Part shown: in pieces, positions 46,256-59,100 of the stretch
How positions within the stretch are numbered: the first letter of the stretch is position 1
Layout of the letters: every line of letters begins with the position of its first letter
From: Salmo salar
Taxonomy: Eukaryota
Assembly (NCBI RefSeq): GCF_905237065.1
Contig: NC_059455.1
Coordinates: 34,160,034-34,224,033, forward strand
DNA length: 64,000 bases
Direction of reading: 5' to 3'
The notes under the pieces: generated by a model
Databases searched by the model: none
Seen by the model: the letters and a program-made list of their open reading frames with translations, nothing else
Told to the model about the DNA's origin: nothing
Program-made: the position numbers and the translations under genes

Positions 46256-47706
46256 CACTGAACGAAAATATAAACGCAACATGCAGTTACAGTTCATATA
46301 AATCAGTCAATTGAAAAATCCATTAGGTCCTAATCTATGGATGTCACATGACTGGGAATCCAGATATGCACCTTAAAGAAAAGTAGGGGTGAGGATGAGA
46401 AAATTAGTCAGTATCTGGTGTGACCACCATTTGCCTCATGCAGCGTGACACATTTCCTTCGCATAAAGTTGATCAGTCTGTTGATTGTGGAATGTTGTCC
46501 CACTCCTCTTCAATGGCTGTGCGAAGATGCTGGATATTGGTGGGAACTGGAACTACAACACTCTGTCTTACACGTTGATCCAGAGCATCCCTAAAATGGT
46601 CAATGGGTGACATGTCTGGTGAGTATGCAGGCCATGGAAGAACTGGGACATTTTCAGCTTCCAGAAATTATGTACAGACTCTTGCGACATGGGGCCGTGT
46701 GTTATACTGAAACATGAGGTGATGGCTGTGGATGAATGGCACGACAATGGGCCTCAGGATCTCGTCACGGTAGCTCTGTAAAATTGACATCGCTAAAATG
46801 CAATTGTGTTCGTTGTCCATAGCTTATGCCTGTCCATACCATAACCCCATCGCCACCATGGGACGCTCTGTTCACAACGTTGACATCAGCAAACCGCTTG
46901 CCCACACAATGCCATACACGCTGTCTGCCATCTGCCTGGTACAGTTGAAACCGGCATTCATCCATGAAGAACACACTTCTCCCAACATGCCAGTGGCCAT
47001 CGACGGTGAGCATTTGCCCACTGATGTTGGTTGACGCTGAACTGCATTCAGGTCAAGACCCTGGTTAGGACGAAGAGCACGCAGATGAGCTTCCCTGAGA
47101 CGGTTTCTAACAGTTTTTGCAGAAATTCTTCGGGTTGTGCAAACCCACAGTTTCATCAGCTGTCTGGGTGGCTGGTCTCAGACAATCCAGCAGGTGAAGA
47201 AGCTGGATGTGGAGGTCCTGGGCTGGCATGGTTACACGTGGTTCGCGGTTGTGAGGCTGGTTGAACTTATTGCCAAATTCTATAAAATGACATTGGATGT
47301 GGCTTACGGTAGAGAAATTAACGTTAAATTATCTAGTAATAGCTCTGTTGGACATTCCTGTAGTCAGCATGCCAATTGCAAGCTCCCTCAACTTGACATC
47401 TGTGGCATTGTGTTGTGTGACACAACTGCACATTTTAGTGGCCTTCTATTGTCACCAGCACAAGGTGCACCTGTGTAATGATCGTGCTGTTTAATCAGCT
47501 TCTTGATATGCCACACCTGTGAGGTGAATGGAATATCTTGGTAAAGGAGAAATGCTCACTAACAGGGATGTAAACTAATTTCTTGCCAAAATTTGAGAGA
47601 AATAAGCTTTTTGTGCATATGGAGCATTTCTGGGATCTTTTATTTCAGCTCATGAAACATGGGACTAACATTTTACATGTTTAGTTTTATATTTTTTGTT
47701 CAGTGT
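46256..47706 (-). mobile_element. Tc1-like transposon family F.
   Basis: The IRs are 'cactgaacgaaaatataaacgcaacatgcagt...' and '...ttttatattttttgttcagtg'. Minus transposase pseudo-ORFs 46765..47013 and 46872..47156 read (...WHCVGKRFADVNVVNRASHGGDGVMVWTGISYGQRT). A (G)n run at 46223..46247 sits immediately upstream. Confidence 0.75.
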
Positions 47707-49208
47707 ATATGGTTAGCTAAAATGACAGCACAAGCACCACTGATAAGTGGTTAGACAAGACTGGGTTTATAGTTGACACAGTGATGCTGCAATCTTGTCT
47801 AATCTCTTCTTCGCTGGTAAATATTGTTTACATAGTGGGACGCAAGAAGGCAATGCTGATGTAAAAAAGAACAAAATCAACCATGAAAGTGAGCATGAGA
47901 TTGCCAAATGCCTACTCTTCAGTTCAACTGTATCCCAGTTCAGTTCACTGGAATAATTAACAGGCCTCCATGACCATTGGGTTAGGGTGGAGCTGAGGGC
48001 AGTTCCCTTTTCAACTGACTTCTTCCAAGCTTTCTATATGCTCTGTCCTCTGGGGTGTAGGAGGATGGCATTGGAGTGTGGTTTGGGCTAGAAGAACCCG
48101 TTGCTGTAGTGGAAGTGGTTGGAGAGTGCCTCTGAGATCTGGTAAGAACTGATGTGTACAGTCGGCCTTGTCAACCTGTATGTGTCCCCAGTCTTCCCCT
48201 TTGGTCACCCCCTCCTGACAACCCAGGTCGCTGAGCATTGAGGGATGTCTGTGGGCTCCACACTGCCATATTATAAGTTTTGCTCTGGAACCAGGTTGGC
48301 TTCATGGGGACAGGGGAGGAAGGCCAGTCCTGAGAAACTGAGCCCCACAGTGGAGGAGTCATAAAACCTAGCGGTCAAACAGGGAAATGTTTCGAATTGT
48401 TTTTTCACCATTCATTTTTCTCATAGGGGATTTTAGAAACACTTAAGGGCTGTTTTATTGTAGGCTTACCCTGATGTGATGTTTTGATAACCATGTAAAT
48501 CTCTCAGTCAAGGACTTTTATCTATTTACTCTCAGATCTGAAAATGCTAATTAGCATCTCTAGCTGACACCTTTGCTAACAGTTATAATGTCAATTTAAA
48601 ACTTGCACAAGACTGTTCACAGAATTATCAATTTAAAGACATTTTGAAAATGTATTCATTACTAGCCAACATTAGATGGTTAGTCCATTGTACAAAACAA
48701 ATTAATCAACGACTGGGCCATCTCTAACAAATCTATCCGCATCAGAGTATAAAAGTTGATAACATCATTGTGTAGGCCGGCTCTGGCCCAACCCATCGGT
48801 TTCTCTGACCAATCAGAACGGTTAGAAAGTGTTCGCATTCTAGAAATTATCGTAGGGGAGGGAGGCAAATTCAGACTCTTTGTGGTGGAGAAATGTCAGT
48901 TGAACTGGAGCAATGTGGATGGGCAGCCAGGCAACATAAGATATTGATATACTAAAGAGGATTCTTGGAGGGGTTGATGTACGTTGAATGAATTGTGTGG
49001 TTAATGGCAAGAAGGAAAAGAGCTTGTTTGGCTTTGTGTTTTTCGATGTGGAGTCCCTCCCGCAGTTTGAACGAGAGACTGTCAGGAAGTTGGTACCACT
49101 GACCTCAGATGGATCAAATTGTCCTCTGTCCACAGGTGTGTCAATGATAACAATTAAGGAATAACTATAAAGTCTCAGTAAGCTAAGATTCTTATATGTC
49201 CTCATATA

Positions 49209-50835
49209 CAGTTGAAGTTGGAAGTTTACATTCACCTTAGCCAAATACATTTAAAAATCGGTTTTTCACAATCCCTGACATTTAGTCATAGTAAATATTC
49301 CCTGTCTTAGGTCAGTTAGGATCATCACTTTATTTTAAGAATATGAAATGTCAGAATAATATAAATTATTTATTTCAGCTTTTATTTCTTTCATCACATT
49401 CCCAGTGGGTCAGAAGTTTACATACACTCAATTAGTATTTGGTAGCATTGCCTTTAAATTGTTTAACTTGGGTCAAACGTTTTGGGTAGCCTTCCACAAG
49501 CTTCCCACAATAAGTTGGGTGAATTTTGGCCCATTCCTCCTGACAGAGCTGGTGTAACTGAGTCAGGTTTGTCGGCCTCCTTGCTCGCACACGCTTTCTC
49601 AGTTCTGCCCACACATTTTCTATAGGATTGAGGTCAGGGCTTTGTGATGGCCACTCCAATACCTTGACTTTGTTGACCTTAAACCATTTTGCCACAACTT
49701 TGGAAGAATGCTTGGGGTCATTGTCCATTTGGAAGACCCATTTGCCACCAAGCTTTAACTTCCTGACTGATTTCTTGAAGTTGCTTCAATATATCCACAT
49801 CATTTTCCTGCCTCATGATGCCATCTATTTTGTGAAGTGCACCAGTCCCTCCTGCAGGGAGCACCCTCACAACATGATACTGCCACCCCCGTGCTTCACG
49901 GTTGGGATGGTGTTCTTCAGCTTGCAAGCCTCCCCCTTTTTCCTCCAAACATAACAATGGTCATTATGGCCAAACAGTTCTATTTTTGTTTCATCAGACC
50001 AGAGGACATTGATCTAAAAAGTACGATCTTTGTCCCCATGTGCAGTTGCAAACGTAGTCTGGCTTTTTTATGCCGGTTTTGGAGCAATGGCTTCTTCCTT
50101 GCTGAGCGGCCTTTCAGGTTATGTTGATATAGGACTTGTTTTACTGTGGATATAGATACTTTTGTACCTGTTTCCTCCAGCATCTTCACAAGGTCCTTTG
50201 CTGTTCTGGGATTTATTTTCACTTTTCGCACCAAAGTACGTTCATCTCTAGGAGACAGAACGCGTCTTCTTCCTGAGCTTTATGACGGCTGCGTGGTCCC
50301 GTTGTTTATACTTGCGTACTATTGTTTGTACAGATGAACGTGGTACCTTTTTTTTTTAAAGCATTTGGAAATTGCTCCCAAGGATGAACCAGACTTGTGG
50401 AGGTCTCCAATTTTATTTCTGAGGTCTTGGCTGATTTCTTTTGATTTTCCCATGATGTCAAACAAAGAGGCACTGAGTTTGAAGGTAGGCCTTGAAATAC
50501 AACCACAGGACATCAAATGATGTCAAATGATGTCAATTAGCCTATCAGAAGCTTCTAAAGCCATGACATCATTTTCTGGAATTTTCCAAGCTGTTTAAAG
50601 GCACAGTTAACTTAGTGTATGTAAACTTCTGACCCACTGGAATTGTGATACAGTGAATTCGAAGGGAAATAATCTGTCTGTAAACAATTGTTGGAAAAAT
50701 TACTTGTGTCATGCACAAAGTAGATGTCCTAACCGACTTGCCAAAACTATAGTTTAACAAGACATTTGTGGAGTGGTTGAAAAACGAGTTGTAATGACTC
50801 CAAAATAAGTGAATGTAAACTTCCGACTTCAACTG
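49209..50835 (-). mobile_element. Tc1-like family A, near-full copy in minus orientation with TA flanks.
   Basis: The IRs are 'cagttgaagttggaagtttacattcacc' and 'gtaaacttccgacttcaactg'. TA dinucleotides sit at 49207-08 and 50836-37. Transposase ORFs 49432..49728, 49718..49957, 49980..50234 and 50319..50516 read ([38 protein letters not shown]). Confidence 0.8.
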
Positions 50836-50864
50836 TATATTATGAATTCAATGCTGTTCATAAT

Positions 50865-51760
50865 TGTTAAAGGGGAAATACTTTTGTATATATAGTCTAT
50901 GTGGACACCACTTACAATTTGTGGATTTGGCTATTTCAGCCACGCCTGTGGCTGACTTATGTATAAAATCGAGCGCACAGCCATGCAATCTCCATAAACT
51001 TTCAACATGGCACTGTCATAGGATGCCACATTTACATTACATTTTTACATTTTAGTAGACGATCTTATCCAGAGCGACTTACAGTAGTGATTGCATACAT
51101 TTCATGCATATTTTTTTTGTTGTACTGGCCCCCCGTGGAAATCGAACCCACAACCCTGGCGTTGCAAACACCATGCTCTACCAACTGAGCCACAGGGAAG
51201 CCCACCTTTCCAACAAGTCAGTTCGTCAAGTTTCTGTGCTGCTAGAGGTGCCCCGGTCAACTGTAAGTGCTGTTATTGTGAAGTGGAAACGTATAGGAGC
51301 AACAACGGCTCAGCTACGAAGTGGTAGGCCACACAAGCTTAAGCAAAGGGACCGCGAAGTTCTGAAGCACGTAAAAATCGTCTGTCCTCGGTTGCAACAC
51401 TCACTACAGAGTTCCAAACTGCCTCTGGAAGCAACGTCAGCACAATAACTGTTCGATGGGAGCTTCATGAAATGGGTTTCCATGGCCGAGCAGCCATGGT
51501 TCGGGCTAGGCCCCTTAGTTCCAGAGAAGGAAAATTTTAATACAACATGCGACATTCTGTGCTTCCAACTTCGTGGCAACAGTTTGGGGAAAGCCCTTTC
51601 CGGTTTCAGCATGACAATACCCCGTGAACAAAGCGAGGTCCATACAGAAATGTTTTGTTGAGATCAGTGAAGAACCTGACTGGGGTGCACAGAGTCATGA
51701 CCTCAACCAGAACCCTGTTCAACCATAACCCAAAAGAGCTTCAGGACATCAGAACAGAGA
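50865..51760 (+). mobile_element. Tc1-like family E fragment, consisting of the left end plus the transposase N-terminus. A SINE interrupts it.
   Basis: The left end 'cttttgtatatatagtctatgtggacacc...ttcagccac' matches the reverse complement of 21130..21320. ORF 51104..51448 is a paired-like HTH (LSNKSVRQVSVLLEVPRSTVSAVIVKWKRIGATTAQLRSGRPHKLKQRDREVLKH). Confidence 0.6.
51043..51200 (-). mobile_element. tRNA-derived SINE inserted into the family E Tc1 copy.
   Basis: The tail is 'tagtagacgatcttatccagagcgacttacagtag'. The head is '...cccgtggaaatcgaacccacaaccctggcgttgcaaacaccatgctctaccaactgagccacagggaagccc'. It is absent from the homologous position of the family E copy at 20085..21320. Confidence 0.65.
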
Positions 51761-52330
51761 TTACTCATCTTGAGTTGGACAAATAATTTTTCTTGAATGA
51801 GTCGGACGAGAGTGATTTACTCCAGACACCCGAACAGGCCCTCATCCCTTTCATTCACAGGAGAAAGAGACAGAGATTTCACGGAAGGAGATCGGGGTGC
51901 CTTGTGAGGATCAGGCAACATGTGGCTAATCTGCCTGCCGTCCATAATTATTAGCCAACGTACAATCGCTGGAAAATAAGTGGGACAATCTAAAATCACA
52001 TATCCTACCAACGGGACATTAAAAACTGTAATATCTTATGTTTCACCGAGTCGTGGCTGAACGACGACATGGATAACATACAGCTGGCGGGTTATACACT
52101 ATCGTCAGGATAGAACAGCAGCCTCTGATAAGACAAGGAGTGGTGGTCTATGTATATTTGTAAACAGCTGGTACACAATATCTAAGGAAGTCTCGAGGTT
52201 TTGCTCGGCTGAGGTAGAGTGTCTCATGATAAGCGTTAGACCACACTATCTACCAAGAGAGTTTATCTGTATTTTCGTAGCTGTCTAAATACCAACATAG
52301 ACAGATGCTGGCACTAAGACCACACTCAAG
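51760..52330 (+). mobile_element. LINE 5' fragment holding the N-terminus of the APE endonuclease.
   Basis: The plus translation is ...NILCFTESWLNDDMDNIQLAGYTLHRQDRTAASGKTRGGGLCIFVNSWCTISKEV..., which is typical of an L2-type ORF2 endonuclease start. It is followed by non-coding sequence. Confidence 0.5.
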
Positions 52331-52873
52331 GAGCTGTATATCCCGTGACAGGGAAATTGCAAGATTATGTTATAATGCTTGTATTGCATTATAATGGTTG
52401 TTTTATTCGACATAATAGAGTATTCTGTTAACTATTGTGTGTATGTGTGTGTGTGTGTTCTACTGAGGATGGGCCTCTATGAGATAACGCTGACAGAGGA
52501 GATTTACGATGCCTTTGGGTGATAAAACCTAAAGAGCATTCCAGAGAACATGAGTTAATGTATTCTGTTCTATACTGTACCAGGGAGAGATGGTTCCAGT
52601 TTGGAGTAGGAGGGCCAGACACTGGTCTATACAATGAAAACTGTTGACAAATCAGATGCTGTCTTATAGATATCTTTCATACAAATCTTAACCTTGTGAC
52701 CATTCTATGTATCTGTTGTTCGTCATGTAGGTTGAAAGGGGTGTATCTTGGCTATAAAAGACCTTTGTACTTTTGTTTTATCACTCTCAACGGTTCATTA
52801 GAAAATGGTGAATCGTTGACAAGTCATTGCTATTGCAAAGCTCTTATTATTAAAGATGTAGTTTAAGTATAAC

Positions 52874-53083
52874 ATTTTACATTTTAGTCATTTAGCAGAC
52901 GCTCTTATCCAGAGCGACTTACAGTAGTGGATGCATACATTTCAATTCATACATTTTTCCCCCCCCCCCTTTTTTTCCCGTACTGGCCCCCCGTGGGAAT
53001 CGAACCCACAACCCTGCACGATTTACCCAGATCGTGCAGGGTTGCAAACACCGTGCTCTACCAACTGAGCCACAGGGAGCCCA
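52874..53083 (-). mobile_element. tRNA-derived SINE with a 6-bp target-site duplication, TATAAC.
   Basis: The tail is 'attttacattttagtcatttagcagacgctcttatccagagcgacttacagtag' and the head is '...gagccacagggagccc'. It is flanked by 'tataac' at 52868..52873 and 53084..53089. The uninterrupted empty site '...gtttaagtataactctgacttgtgtgataag' occurs at 56045..56075. Confidence 0.7.
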
Positions 53084-53559
53084 TATAACTCTGACTTGTG
53101 TGATAAGTTTGTCTCTCCTAATTTGATAATACAGAAATAAACCACCATATTTGGCGACGAGGATGCGATGTGAATCTTCACTTGGTGAGAGCTCCTGACG
53201 ATCTGGGTAAATCGTGCACGAGGGATCCCTCAAACTTGGGATCTCAGGGAAACCACACTTCGGGAACGAAGCAGATGGACCCACCTTTGACCTGAGAGGC
53301 AGCGAGCCGAGTGGACACCAGATCTCAAACTTTGTTTTTTTTAAGAAAGAGTTGAGCGAACCACACTTGAAGTCGAGTTTTTAGATAAGCCTCTGTTACG
53401 TAGGCTCCGAGTGTGTATTCCTGTGTGAGGGGGGCACCTTGGAGGCGTAAGCCGGGCCGAGTCAGTGGAGGATGATCTGAGAGTTAGTCGTCTCAAAGAC
53501 ACCTATCATTGGTCGGTTGCGGGTGACCTAGAGCCATCCTGACACTGAATTGATCACAG

Positions 53560-54040
53560 TGGGGATTGGTGCGGTCTGTAGGGGTGAGGGGCCAGGGTGA
53601 CTGGATTCTTTGTGAAGCACGGTACCTGGTGAAACCCTATTGGAAGAAGGACCTCATTCTGAAAAGTGTCTGTGTGACTGTCTAAGTGAGCCTCAGAAGT
53701 GGTGAATTCCAATTATTTTAAATGTGCTAGCAAGGTATGCCCTGGGTTACTCTGTGTGAGTGTTTTGTTTTGGGACCACTAGGTAATATTTTGATTACAT
53801 TATGGGTTTTCCTGTACATATAGACAGGGTTTGAAATCCTGTGTAGGTAATCTTTGTAGGAGCGTTCTGTGTGGGCGCGATAGGTTGACTCTGTGTGGGT
53901 AACCTTTCAATTATGTTCTGATCTGTGTGGACATCTGACCAGTTCTGTGTGAGCATCTGACCAGTTCTGTGTGAGCATCTGACCAGTTCTGTGTGGGTGA
54001 TCATTAAAGTTCTGTGTGAGTACCTAAGAATTTCTAACGT
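53560..54040. repeat. Degenerate tandem repeat of the motif ctgtgtg(a/g)g, with three perfect 22-bp units at 53930..53997.
   Basis: 'catctgaccagttctgtgtgag' occurs 3 times. Further 'ctgtgtgagt', 'ctgtgtgggc', 'ctgtgtaggt' and 'ctgtgtggac' copies appear every ~30-60 bp. Confidence 0.6.
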
Positions 54041-54273
54041 TTTATATGGATTCTGTGAATATGAAAATACGATAAATTGTATGTGTGTATAATCGATTAC
54101 TAGAGATTTGATAAAGTAATGCTGAGAATATAATTACATACAATTTAAACCACCCATTCGTAGATGTACGTAGGTTTTGAGTTGGTATCTTTAATGGATC
54201 ATTTGATAAAGATGAGGTTTTAAGCACTATTAAACAGTCTACAAAATCTGGTCAATTATGCTCTAGAAACTGA

Positions 54274-55300
54274 TTGGAGTGTGTCCACTTTTGGTTATCT
54301 TACCCTAACGATGTAACTAAGAATTTTCCCCCTTCTGATAACCAGGTGGCGAATCGCATCTCTGCATGTCTGGCAGACATATCAGTGTGGATGACGGATC
54401 ACCACCTCAAGCTGAACCTCGGCAAGACGGAGCTGCTCTTCCTCCCGGGGAAGGACTGCCCTTTCCATGATCTCGCCATCACGGTGGACAACTCCATTGT
54501 GTCCTCCTCCCAGAGTGCTAAGAGCCTCGGCGTGACCCTGGACAACACCCTGTCGTTCTCCGCTAACATCGAGGCAGTGACCCGATCCTGTAGGTTCATG
54601 CTATACAACATTCGCAGAGTACGACCCTGCCTTACACAGGAAGCGGCGCTGGTCCTAATCCAGGCACTTGTCATCTCCTGTCTGGATTACTGCAACTCCC
54701 TGTTGGCGGGGCTCCCTGCCTGTGCCATTAAACCCCTACAACTCATCCAGAACGCCGCAGCCCGTCTGGTGTTCAACCTTCCCAAGTTCTCTCACGTCAC
54801 CCCGCTCCTCCGCACACTCCACTGGCTTCCAGTTGAAGCTCGCATCTGCTACAAGACCATGGTGCTTGCCTACGGAGCTGTGAGGGGAACGGCACCTCCG
54901 TACCTTCAGGCTCTGATCAGGCCCTACACCCAAACAAGGGCACTGCGTTCATCCACCTCTGGCCTGCTGGCCCCCCTACCTCTGCGGAAGCACAGTTCCC
55001 GCTCAGCCCAGTCAAAACTGTTCGCTGCTCTGGCACCCAAATGGTGGAACAAGCTCCCTCACGACACCAGGACAGCGGAGTCAATCACCACCTTTCGTAG
55101 ACACCTGAAACCCCACCTCTTTAAGGAATACCTGGGATAGGATATAGTAATCCTTCTAACCCCCCCCTCCCCCCCAAAAAGATATAGATGTACTATGTAA
55201 AGTGGTTGTTCCACTGGATATCATAAGGTGAATGCACCAATTTGTAAGTCGCTCTGGATAAGAGCGTCTGCTAAATGACGTAAATGTAAATGTAAACTAT
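54274..55300 (+). mobile_element. L2-like LINE RT C-terminus plus 3' end with a SINE-like tail.
   Basis: ORF 54274..55140 reads ...LGKTELLFLPGKD...FMLYNIRRVRPCLTQEAALVLIQALVISCLDYCNSLLAGLP...PKWWNKLPHDTRTAESITTFRRHLKPHLFKEYLG. The 3' UTR ends 'tgtaagtcgctctggataagagcgtctgctaaatgacgtaaatgtaaatgtaaa'. Confidence 0.75.
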
Positions 55301-56119
55301 AAAACGCTTATTGGATTTTCTCCGTCTGGGTACTACATTTGAAATAAAACTGCCCTTAAGGTCTGAAAGTGTTTTATTTTTTCTTCCCAGTATGAGTGGA
55401 GTTGCAGGATTTATTGAATGAACCTTTTCCCATAAAGTTAGCGCAAATTAAGATGGAATCTCGACGTAATTTATAATGTCGTACAAAGCCTAGGGTATCC
55501 ATCAAACTAATTATCATTGCGGGATTAATGTGATGTAGTAAAGTAATTGAAATACGTTGCATGAGAAAACAATCTACTTTTATTAAAATGTGCAAGATCT
55601 GTTTCCTAGTCTATGAATGTCGATTTTACTCTGACTGCTAATCTATTCATTTGGCATGTGAGAATCTTCGCCGGAGTAACGCTATTATGTGTTGTTATTA
55701 TGTGCCTGATTTTACGACTACAGACAATTGTAATTGGGATATTTGCGGAGTTTTGTCATCCTTTCAATAGCATTGGGTATATGGTATTTACTAAAATCTG
55801 GGTTTCTGATTGTAATTCAACTATTGGTATGTTTTGCCTGGAAAGATACGGTCGCTAGTGTTTGTTGAAGATATAAACTGAACGTTTTAATAGCTTGTTT
55901 AGTATTAAATTGAAAGACTAATTCATCCAAAATAAATAGAGGCGATTTCGATGTAATAATTGTTTTATCAGTCTCAACGGTTCATTAGAAAATGGTGAAT
56001 CGTTGACAAGTCATTGCTATTGCAAAGCTCATATTATTAAAGATGTAGTTTAAGTATAACTCTGACTTGTGTGATAAGTTTGTCTCTCCTAATTTGATAA
56101 TACAGAAATAAACCACCAC

Positions 56120-59100
56120 AACCGCCATAAGCAAACAGGAAAATGTTCAGAGGCGGCGCTCCTAGTGGCCGGGGACTTTGATGCAGGATAACTTAAATCC
56201 GTTTTAACAAATTTCTATCAGCATGTCAAATGTGCAACAAGAGGGGTAAAAAAATTCTAGACCACCTTTACTCCACACACAAAGACGCGTACAAAGCTCA
56301 CCCTCCGTTTGGCAAATATGAATATAATTCTATCCTCCTGATTCCAGCTTATAAGCAAAAATGAAAGCAGGAAGCACCAGTGACTCGGTCAATAAAAAAA
56401 AGTGGTCAGATGAAGCAGATGCTAAACTACAGGACTGTTTTGCTAGCACAGACTGGTATATGTTCCGGGATTCTTCCGATGGCATTGAGGAGTACACCAC
56501 ATCAGTCACTGGCTTCATCGATGACTGTACGTACATGCCTGTAATCTATGGCTTCTGGTTGGGGTAACATCCTCACTGAACTAAAAGGTAGAGCTGCCGC
56601 TTTAAATGTGCGGGACTCTAACCTGGAAGATTATAAGAAATCTCGCTTTGCCCTCCAACGAACCACCAAACAGGCAAAGCATCAAAACAGGACTAAGATC
56701 GAATCATACTACACTGGCTCCGACGCTCATCGGATGTGGCAGGGCCTGCAAACTATTACAGAACTCAAAGGGAAACACAGCCGATAGCTGCCCAGTGATA
56801 CGAGCCTACCAGACGACCTAAATAACTTCTATGCTCGCTTCGAGGCAAGTAACACTGAAACATGCATGAGAGCATAAGCTGTTCCGGACGACTGTGTGAT
56901 CACGCTCTTCTCAGCCGATGTGAGTGAGACCTTTTAAAGAGGTCAAAACTCACAAGGCCGCAGGGCCAGACGGATTACCAGGACGTGTACTCTGAGCATG
57001 CGCTGACCAACTGGCAAGTGTCTTCAATGGCATTTTCAACCTCTCCCTGTCTGAGTCTGTAATACCAACATGTTTCAAGCAGACCACCATAGTCCCTGTG
57101 CCCAAGAACACTAAAGTAACCTGCCTAAATGACTACCGACCCGTAGCACGTCTGTAGCCATGAAGTGCTTTGAAAGGCTGGCTCACATCAACACCGTTAT
57201 CCCGGAAACCCTAGACCCACTCCAATTTGCATACTGAACCAACAGATCCACAGATGATGCAATCTCTATTGCACTCCATACTGCCCTTTCCCACCTGGAC
57301 AAAAGGAACACCTACAGTTGAAGTCAGAAGTTTACATACACTTAGGTTGGAGTCATTAAAACTCACTTTTCAACCATTCCACAAATTTCTTGTTAACAAA
57401 CTATAGTTTTGGCAAGTCGGTTAGGACATCTACTTTGTGCATGACACAAGTAATTTTTCCAACAATTGTTTACAGACAGATTATTTCACTTATAATTCAC
57501 TGCATCACAATTCCAGTGGGTGAGAAGTTTACATACACTGAGTTGACTGTGCCTTTAAACAGCTTGGAAAACATGGCTTTAGAAGCTTCTGATAGGCTAA
57601 TTGACTTCCTTTGAGTCAATTGGAGGTGTAACTGTGGATGTATTTCAAGACCTACTTTCTAACTCAGTGCCTCTGCTTGACATCATGGGAAAATCAAAAT
57701 AAATCAGCCAAGACCTCAGAAATAAAATTGGAGACCTCCACAAGCCTGGTTCATCCTTGGGAACAATTTCCAAACGCCTGAAGGTACCACGTTCATCTGT
57801 ACAAACAATAGTATGCAAGTATAAACACCATGGGACCACACAGCCGTCATACCGCTCAGGAAGGAGATTTGTTCTGTCTCCTAGAGATGAACGTACTTTG
57901 GTGCAAAAAGTGCAAATCAATCCCAGAACAACAGCAAAGGACCCTGTGAAGATGCTGGAGGAAACGGGTACAAAAGTATCTATATCCACAGTAAAACGAG
58001 TCCTATATCGACATAACCTGAAAGGCCGCTCAGCAAGGAAGAAGCCACTGCTTCAAAACCGCCATTAAAATTGCCAGACTACGTTTGCAACTGCACATGG
58101 GGTCAAAGATTGTACTTTTTGGAGAAATGTCCTCTGGTGGAACAAATATAGAACTGTTTGGCCATAGTTACCATCGTTACGTATGGAGGAAAAAGGGGGA
58201 CGCTTGCAAGCCGAAGAACACCATCCCAACCGTGAAGGACGGGGGTGGCAGCATCATGTTGCGGGGGTGCTTTGCTGCAGAAGGGACTGGTGCACTTCAC
58301 AAAATAGATGGCATCATGAGGCAGGAAAATGATGTGGATATATTGAAGCAACATCAAAACCTCAGTCAGGAAGTTAAAGCTTGGTCGCAAATGGGTCTTC
58401 GAAATGAACAATGACCCCAAGCATACTTCCAAAGATGTGGCAAAATGGCTTAAGGACAGCAAAGTCATTGGAGTGGCTATCACAAAGCCCTGACCTCAAT
58501 CCCATAGAAAATATGTGGGCAGAACTGAAAAAGTGTGTGCGAGCAAGGAGGCCTACAAACCTGACTCAGTTACACCAGCTCTGTCAGGAGGAATGGGTCA
58601 CAATTCACCCAACTTATTGTGGGAAGCTTGTGGAAGGCTACCCAAAACGTTTGACCCAAGTTAAACAATTTAAAGGCAATGCTACCAAATACTAATTGAG
58701 TGTATCTAAACTTCTGACCCACTGGGAATATGATGAAATAAATAAAAGCTGAAATAAATCATTCTCTGTACTATTATTCTGACTTTTCACATTCTTAAAA
58801 TAAAGTGGTGATCCTAACTGACCTAAGACAGGGAATATTTACTAGGATTAAATGTCAGGAATTGTGAAAAACTGAGTTTAAATGTATTTGGCTAAGGTGT
58901 ATGTAAACTTCTGACTTCAACTGTATGTTAGAATGCTATTCATTGACTACAGCTCAGCGTTCAACACCATAGTGCCCTCAAAGCTCATCACTACGCTAAG
59001 GACCCTGGGACTAAACACTTCCCTCTGCAACTGGATCCTGGACTTCCTGACGGGCCGCCCCCAGGTGATAAGGGTAGGTAACAACACATTCGCCACGCTG

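Noticed and set aside
48011-48362. Two overlapping minus ORFs of 75 aa and 63 aa in an unannotated stretch.
   Set aside because: There are no recognisable motifs, splice context or repeat homology. ORFs of this length are expected by chance in stop-poor GC-moderate sequence.
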